A stretch of 28,909 nt of DNA from a virus (Duplodnaviria > Caudoviricetes), in IMG/VR virus record IMGVR_UViG_3300027672_000057, positions 1 to 28,909 of that record. One strand, given 5' to 3'. Below the pieces are notes generated by a model. The model was not told where the DNA came from. It ran no database searches and saw only the letters and a list, made by a program, of their open reading frames with translations. The translations under genes were made by a program, and so were the position numbers. How positions within the stretch are numbered: position 1 is the stretch's first letter; the number at the start of each line of letters is the position of its first letter. Below, one piece after another: positions 23,979 through 28,909 of the stretch.

Positions 23979-25250
23979 ATGGACGTAACAAACAATAGCA
24001 CAATTGATAGTGTAATAGACTTTGCGAATGCTAAGTTTGGAATGGAATTAACAAAAGACCAAGTTAGTAGCCAGCTACGAGAATTGTCTTTTGCTGAAAC
24101 ATTAAAACTCCTCAACAGTATTAAACAAGATGACAATGACGCATTTAGCCAAATTATTGATCTAAGTGCAGTAAGCGAAGGCTACAAAATTATGCCTCCA
24201 ATGGATCCAAAATATGTAGAACGTGATGGCTTAGAAGGCCCGTTTACTGCATTAAGTGGTAAAGTTGTTTATTACGATCCAAAAGAAGGCAAGTATTACG
24301 ATCCAGACACAGACATATATATGTCATATGATGAGTGGCAAGAACATAATAACGATCACCGCGGCATGAAAGATGAGCGCGATGAAGTTCCAGAAGCTAG
24401 ATCAAGTGCATCAGACCAAGCGGCTAAAGCAGGCGCTTATAATGGTGGTAAGAGTTTAGCAGGCAAGGGTGATGGCAAAGCACACCTAGCACACAAACTA
24501 AAAGGCGATGCTCTACAAAAGCATAGAGATGCTGGCGTTGCAAAGATGGATGCCGAAGATGAAAAAGCAAGAGCAGCACAACGTGCTAAGTTTGATGCTA
24601 TGAAAAAAGAAAACAACGAACAAATTAATGAAATAGATCCTAGCAGATCACCATGGACACAAAATGGTAAACATCCTGGAGCAATGGATGCAGATGAATT
24701 AAGAAATGAACTAGAAGTATTTAACGAACTAAGAGATAGAGGTGATTATTTGTCACCAAGAGAACTAGCTCAAGAAGATTCATTATTTGATTACTTAGAA
24801 CAAATTGATGGCCCACAAGTTGACTGGGAAAACGAATCAGTTGTAGATAACCAAACAAACGAAGCAAGCGACGAATTAGCTAGACTAATACAGCTTTCTA
24901 GACACGGCATTGAATCAATTCCAGAAGCATACGGAACTATTAGTTCAGCACAACCAAGTAGAGCAACTATTAGAGCTGGAGACACTCAAAACAAAACGGC
25001 TAATAGACGTGCTAATAATATTAATCAAGATATGAACAGAGATGCAAAAGTTTCAAGACTTGGAGCAAACGGTGTTCCAGGTTATAGAAACCCGAACCCA
25101 ACAGGTACAGGCGCATCGAGAGCCGGTAGTGCAGATCCAGATGATATACACAGATCCGAAATTGAACAAGTCGCTAGAGGCAGTCAGGATCAATCACTAA
25201 CTAATGCACAAGAAATTGAACGATTAAAACAATTGGCAATGGGCGGTTAA
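23979..25250 (+). CDS. Modular acidic hypothetical protein, putative head-internal
   Basis: 423 aa; modules separated by VSE/VPE/INE/IPE; GLEGPF...YYDPKEGKYYD module; two ExxRLxQL motifs. Confidence 0.78.
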   Translation: MDVTNNSTIDSVIDFANAKFGMELTKDQVSSQLRELSFAETLKLLNSIKQDDNDAFSQIIDLSAVSEGYKIMPPMDPKYVERDGLEGPFTALSGKVVYYDPKEGKYYDPDTDIYMSYDEWQEHNNDHRGMKDERDEVPEARSSASDQAAKAGAYNGGKSLAGKGDGKAHLAHKLKGDALQKHRDAGVAKMDAEDEKARAAQRAKFDAMKKENNEQINEIDPSRSPWTQNGKHPGAMDADELRNELEVFNELRDRGDYLSPRELAQEDSLFDYLEQIDGPQVDWENESVVDNQTNEASDELARLIQLSRHGIESIPEAYGTISSAQPSRATIRAGDTQNKTANRRANNINQDMNRDAKVSRLGANGVPGYRNPNPTGTGASRAGSADPDDIHRSEIEQVARGSQDQSLTNAQEIERLKQLAMGG

Positions 25251-25252
25251 CA

Positions 25253-25462
25253 ATGAAAAGCATTGAAACTCCTGGAGGCATACCAACATTTTTATCACTT
25301 CACGAATGTGAAATGTACGAGAACCTATTAGAACGTACATGCAAGGAAGATTTATCCGAGCGTGAACATTACCTAATTCAAAGCCTAGTTAACAAGAATA
25401 TTGTTAAAAAGATAGTGGAGAATAACAAAGTATATTTTGAACGAATGAAAGGGAGCTTATAA
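25253..25462 (+). CDS. Small hypothetical protein
   Basis: 69 aa, tightly packed between neighbours. Confidence 0.72.
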   Translation: MKSIETPGGIPTFLSLHECEMYENLLERTCKEDLSEREHYLIQSLVNKNIVKKIVENNKVYFERMKGSL

Positions 25463-26079
25463 TGCCAACAGAAGAAGTACAAGGAATGATGGAAATTTTA
25501 GCTAAGTTAAACGAAGCTGAACACACTCCACCAACCGCATCACAAAAACTTAAAAATGAAAAAAACAAACCAGCGCCTACTATACTAGCAAGTGTTAGTA
25601 AAAATGCACAAGGTATGTTAGCAATTTTAGAAAAGTTCGACACAGCAACAAAAACTGTAGCGAAAGAAGTATTACAAGAATCACAAAATGATGTTGAATT
25701 ATCTGTAATGAATAAAAAAGATAATACAGTTTCAGTTGGCGAGTACAAGGTAGTGTTAGAAAAAGCACATATTATACCAGGTATGTTAAAAACATTCTAT
25801 AATATTAAAGAAGGAAACGAAACGTTGCATACACAAATTTCATTATTTGAAACAGCAATGGGTGTTGTAAAGGCTTTAATGTTTGATAAAGATTATAAAG
25901 TTAGCAGGCTGTTGGAATTAGACAATAAATATGCAAGTGCGTTAATTGAAGCAGCTACATATAAATTAAAGAGTAAAACGATTACAGAGAGTAATATGCT
26001 AGATATTGCAATGGCAAAACAAGCACATGCAGTTTCTAAGATGAAAAGCATAAAAAATCAAATCAAAAGCGCCCTTTAA
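25462..26079 (+). CDS. Hypothetical protein
   Basis: 205 aa, GGGAG RBS, TAATG overlap. Confidence 0.78.
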   Translation: MPTEEVQGMMEILAKLNEAEHTPPTASQKLKNEKNKPAPTILASVSKNAQGMLAILEKFDTATKTVAKEVLQESQNDVELSVMNKKDNTVSVGEYKVVLEKAHIIPGMLKTFYNIKEGNETLHTQISLFETAMGVVKALMFDKDYKVSRLLELDNKYASALIEAATYKLKSKTITESNMLDIAMAKQAHAVSKMKSIKNQIKSAL

Positions 26080-26080
26080 G

Positions 26081-26088
26081 CATAAATA
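26081..26088 (+). promoter_or_regulatory. Late promoter variant
   Basis: CATAAATACAATATA, intergenic. Confidence 0.7.
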
Positions 26089-26126
26089 CAATATATAATA
26101 AAGTAACTCTAGTGGGGGATATTAAA

Positions 26127-26891
26127 ATGGAATTAAAACATTTACAAGTGAACAGTCTAAACAAATTGGATAGTGTTCTCAAAGAAGTATTTGGTACAGA
26201 CTTTAACTTTAGTGCAGGTAATGCAAAATTAACTAAAGTAAAGGCAGTAACTGAAACAAAGATTAAAGCACTACGTGAAAGTGGCGTAGAAGTAAACAAC
26301 AAGCAATACCAGAAGTTATTGCTAGTACTAGAAGGTATAAACACAGCTATGAAACAAAATACAATTATGGAAAATGATTTAGACTCGGCGGAAGTCCTTT
26401 TAGCAGCGAAGCAAATGGCAGACGATTTACAAAAGATGGCAGAGAACTTAGCCAGCATGCAAGTCGAAGAATTAATGAGTATTACTAACGCAATGAAAGA
26501 AGAAGTTGGTATAGCAGAAGCAGATGCATTTAATGTATCAGCAGAAGCAGCTATTAGTTCAGCTCTTGAAGCAGTTAAAGCTGCAAATGCACAGGTTGCA
26601 GATGCAGTATTAGTAGCTCAAGGCCAAGCACCGGAAACAGACATGGGTATGGATATGGAACCAGCAATGGAACCAGAACTAGACATGGATGAGCCAGCAA
26701 TGGACATGGAAGAGCCAGCAATGGACGACTTTGAAGGCGCAGACGCTGCAAGTGCAGAAACAGACGAAGACGGCAGAGAAATGAAGGAAGATGCATATCT
26801 TTCAGCACTACGTTTAGTTAAAGAAGCACAAGCAAACGGAATGGTAAACAAACAAGTCTTAAAACAAGCATTTGCAGCACTAAAGAAGTAA
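26127..26891 (+). CDS. Helical acidic protein, scaffold/prohead core-like
   Basis: ATG 26127 after GGGGG; Ala/Glu-rich helices and an M/D/E/P low-complexity linker. Confidence 0.75.
   Translation: MELKHLQVNSLNKLDSVLKEVFGTDFNFSAGNAKLTKVKAVTETKIKALRESGVEVNNKQYQKLLLVLEGINTAMKQNTIMENDLDSAEVLLAAKQMADDLQKMAENLASMQVEELMSITNAMKEEVGIAEADAFNVSAEAAISSALEAVKAANAQVADAVLVAQGQAPETDMGMDMEPAMEPELDMDEPAMDMEEPAMDDFEGADAASAETDEDGREMKEDAYLSALRLVKEAQANGMVNKQVLKQAFAALKK
26641..26730 (+). repeat. Coding low-complexity repeat (MDMEEPA-like)
   Basis: Recurring GA(A/G)CCAGCAATGGA units. Confidence 0.7.
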
Positions 26892-26895
26892 CGCA

Positions 26896-27222
26896 ATGAG
26901 ATATGCAGATCTTTTCGAAATCACGCAAGTAGATTCAAAAATTATTGATCTACTTTCGATTTTAAGCAGCGAAGGAGTTGAAAGCATTCCACTCGATGCT
27001 ATAGTCACAGAACTATTAGCAACTGGTGTAGACGTTGACGAACAATCGCTTTTTGACGAAATGCAAGACTTGCCTATCGTTAATAATATTAAAGACGGCA
27101 TAGTTTATTTTAATACATCTAGTATGGATGCATCAAATTTAAACAAAGTAGACCCAGAGAAATCTAAAAGTAAAGTAAAAGCTATGGCTAAAAAGCAAGT
27201 TAAAAAAGGGCTAGATAAATGA
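26896..27222 (+). CDS. Hypothetical protein
   Basis: 108 aa; N-terminus MRYADLFE; basic C-terminus. Confidence 0.75.
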   Translation: MRYADLFEITQVDSKIIDLLSILSSEGVESIPLDAIVTELLATGVDVDEQSLFDEMQDLPIVNNIKDGIVYFNTSSMDASNLNKVDPEKSKSKVKAMAKKQVKKGLDK

Positions 27223-27836
27223 GTGTAGGATTAAACGCAGCGCAAGCAAGATCAAAAGCATCACAGGATATGATTGTGTATAAAGAAACACAATCTATAA
27301 TGGAAGCTATTATTACGCAAAGTGCCTTAGGTAAATTTGAAGCAACTGTTGCAGATGGTACTACAATGACTGTATCTACTCCTAGTATTAAAAAGATTGC
27401 CACTGTAAACAACCCCACAATTACAAATGGCCAAACACTTATAATTGACAGTAATACAATAACACTTGGGACAACAGGCTTATCATTAAATGCAATAATT
27501 GCAGATATTAATGATGCAGCAGTTACAGGCGTAACAGCATCTAAGGATGCAGGCTACTTAGTATTAACAATAGAAGATGCAGCAGGCTCAACATGGTCAT
27601 ATGAGATAGGAGCAGGCACTGCAAATACAGCACTTGGATTAACACCAGGTACTTATTCATTGCCAAACCCAACAAGCGTAAGTTATTTTACTGTTTGGCA
27701 AGGAACTTTAGAAGATAGAAGTATACTTAACCAAATGAACCAAGTAGTAAAACATTTTTCAGACTTGGGCTACAAACTAGAAAGATTAACAAATTCATTA
27801 ACTAATAGAACCATTAAATGGTACGTCTATTGGTAA
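27219..27836 (+). CDS. Putative virion structural protein
   Basis: 205 aa, T/A/G-rich; central insert TLIIDSNTITL...IIADINDAAVTGVTAS...ANTALGL typical of tail/flagellin-like repeat domains. Confidence 0.65.
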   Translation: MSVGLNAAQARSKASQDMIVYKETQSIMEAIITQSALGKFEATVADGTTMTVSTPSIKKIATVNNPTITNGQTLIIDSNTITLGTTGLSLNAIIADINDAAVTGVTASKDAGYLVLTIEDAAGSTWSYEIGAGTANTALGLTPGTYSLPNPTSVSYFTVWQGTLEDRSILNQMNQVVKHFSDLGYKLERLTNSLTNRTIKWYVYW

Positions 27837-28211
27837 ATGTTAGTTCCAGTTCATAAGCATATTATACTTAGGATTGAAGCAAATAATCCACCAACCGCAG
27901 ACGAACTAGCTCCATGGGTTACTAACTTAGTAGATAAAATAGGCATGCAAATACTAGCAGGCCCTATTAGCGCAGACATTACAACTATTCCAGGCAATTG
28001 CGGACCAACATGTGTATGTATTATTGAAACATCACACATTGCTTGTCATGTATGGAATGAATCAAACCCAGCACTAATACAACTAGACGTATACACATGT
28101 GGACCTTTTGATCCACAGGATGTAATAGATCATATTCAAATATGGGAACCAACTAAAGTAGAATATAAATACCTAGACAGAGAATTTGGACTAACAGAAA
28201 TAGAGATTTAA
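27837..28211 (+). CDS. speD: S-adenosylmethionine decarboxylase family pyruvoyl proenzyme
   Basis: HKHII, IIETSHIACHVW, IQLDVYTCG motifs; 124 aa (SpeH-size). Confidence 0.88.
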   Translation: MLVPVHKHIILRIEANNPPTADELAPWVTNLVDKIGMQILAGPISADITTIPGNCGPTCVCIIETSHIACHVWNESNPALIQLDVYTCGPFDPQDVIDHIQIWEPTKVEYKYLDREFGLTEIEI

Positions 28212-28212
28212 T

Positions 28213-28909
28213 ATGAAAATTGCGTTTATTGGCGATAGTTACCAAGCATACGAGCAAGATGCTACATTTAAAAATAGTTGGACTTATCAGTTAGCACTTC
28301 TATATCCACAACATCAGTTTTCAAACTACGCCTATGGCGGAAGAGGATACGATTACTACCAGTGGGCTTTACTAGATGCAAAACGAAAAGGAATAGATGT
28401 TGTATTTGTTAATAGGACATTCAATCATAGAGTTGCAATCATGTCAGTTGACGAGAAGTTTGGATTTATAATTAAACAAATTTTAAATGGAAATTACACT
28501 CTCCTTCACCCTCCAGCACATTACTGGATATCAGCTCACCAATCCGGCATAAATTCCGAGCACAACATGAACATGGAAGTTCCACCAAGTGTAAAAATGG
28601 CTATATATACTACACTGAAAACAATAATGACATCGTCTCAAAAACATGATTATAATGATAAATGGTTTGATACCGTACATGAACTGTATAATTTTAAACA
28701 TATAATTCCACTTGAATTATTAAGATTAGATCAGCCATACATTAATGCAACAGATAAACTATGTCAAGCACATGGAGTAGAGATAATGAATATAGAGAAA
28801 GGCACTATGTACGATGCAGGGCTCACAGTTTCACCTGATGATGATCATTGGAGTCTAAAAGCACATACTTGGGTGTTAAATAATTACATATTAACACAAG
28901 AAACCATTG
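28213..28909 (+). CDS. SGNH/GDSL hydrolase-like protein, truncated by the window end
   Basis: Not in the ORF track. Manual translation gives MKIAFIGDSY (block I), SW..QLA, NYAYGGRG (block II), and DDDHWSLKAH (DxxH block V); no stop seen before the window end. Confidence 0.8.
   Translation, partial: MKIAFIGDSYQAYEQDATFKNSWTYQLALLYPQHQFSNYAYGGRGYDYYQWALLDAKRKGIDVVFVNRTFNHRVAIMSVDEKFGFIIKQILNGNYTLLHPPAHYWISAHQSGINSEHNMNMEVPPSVKMAIYTTLKTIMTSSQKHDYNDKWFDTVHELYNFKHIIPLELLRLDQPYINATDKLCQAHGVEIMNIEKGTMYDAGLTVSPDDDHWSLKAHTWVLNNYILTQETI

Noticed and set aside
23407-24003. 198-aa minus-strand ORF
   Set aside because: Antisense to two well-formed + strand genes; composition is that of a shadow frame
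1-28909. tRNA/rRNA genes, introns, homing endonucleases, stop-codon reassignment
   Set aside because: No T-loop or cloverleaf signature seen in the short intergenic gaps; core genes are uninterrupted; TAA, TAG and TGA all end genes normally. Checked by eye only

Overview
AT-rich segment of a large T4-like (myovirus-type, probably jumbo) phage genome using the standard genetic code. All credible genes but one are on the + strand. From left to right it holds: acidic, modular, probably head-internal proteins (two share a duplicated C-terminus); a QueC-like enzyme coupled to a gp17-like terminase large subunit; a recombination/replication block (gp32-like SSB, UvsX, UvsY, an AAA+ ATPase, UvsW, a gp62-like protein, a Zn-finger protein, radical SAM plus a separate SPASM-like protein, an unusually small DnaE-like polymerase core, primase, DnaB-type helicase); a cluster of late hypothetical genes including a ligase-fold protein and a holin-like protein; an AdoMetDC-family gene; and a truncated SGNH hydrolase. 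Two promoter classes are legible: sigma70-type TTGACA-N17-TATAAT-like promoters, and T4-late-like (N)ATAAATA boxes, several apparently leaderless. The most notable items are the 194-aa mini-DnaE, a palindromic operator in two promoters flanking an HTH gene, a consensus promoter plus RBS nested inside a CDS, and a possibly capsid-packaged ligase-fold enzyme. All assignments come from motif recognition by eye; no database searches were run.
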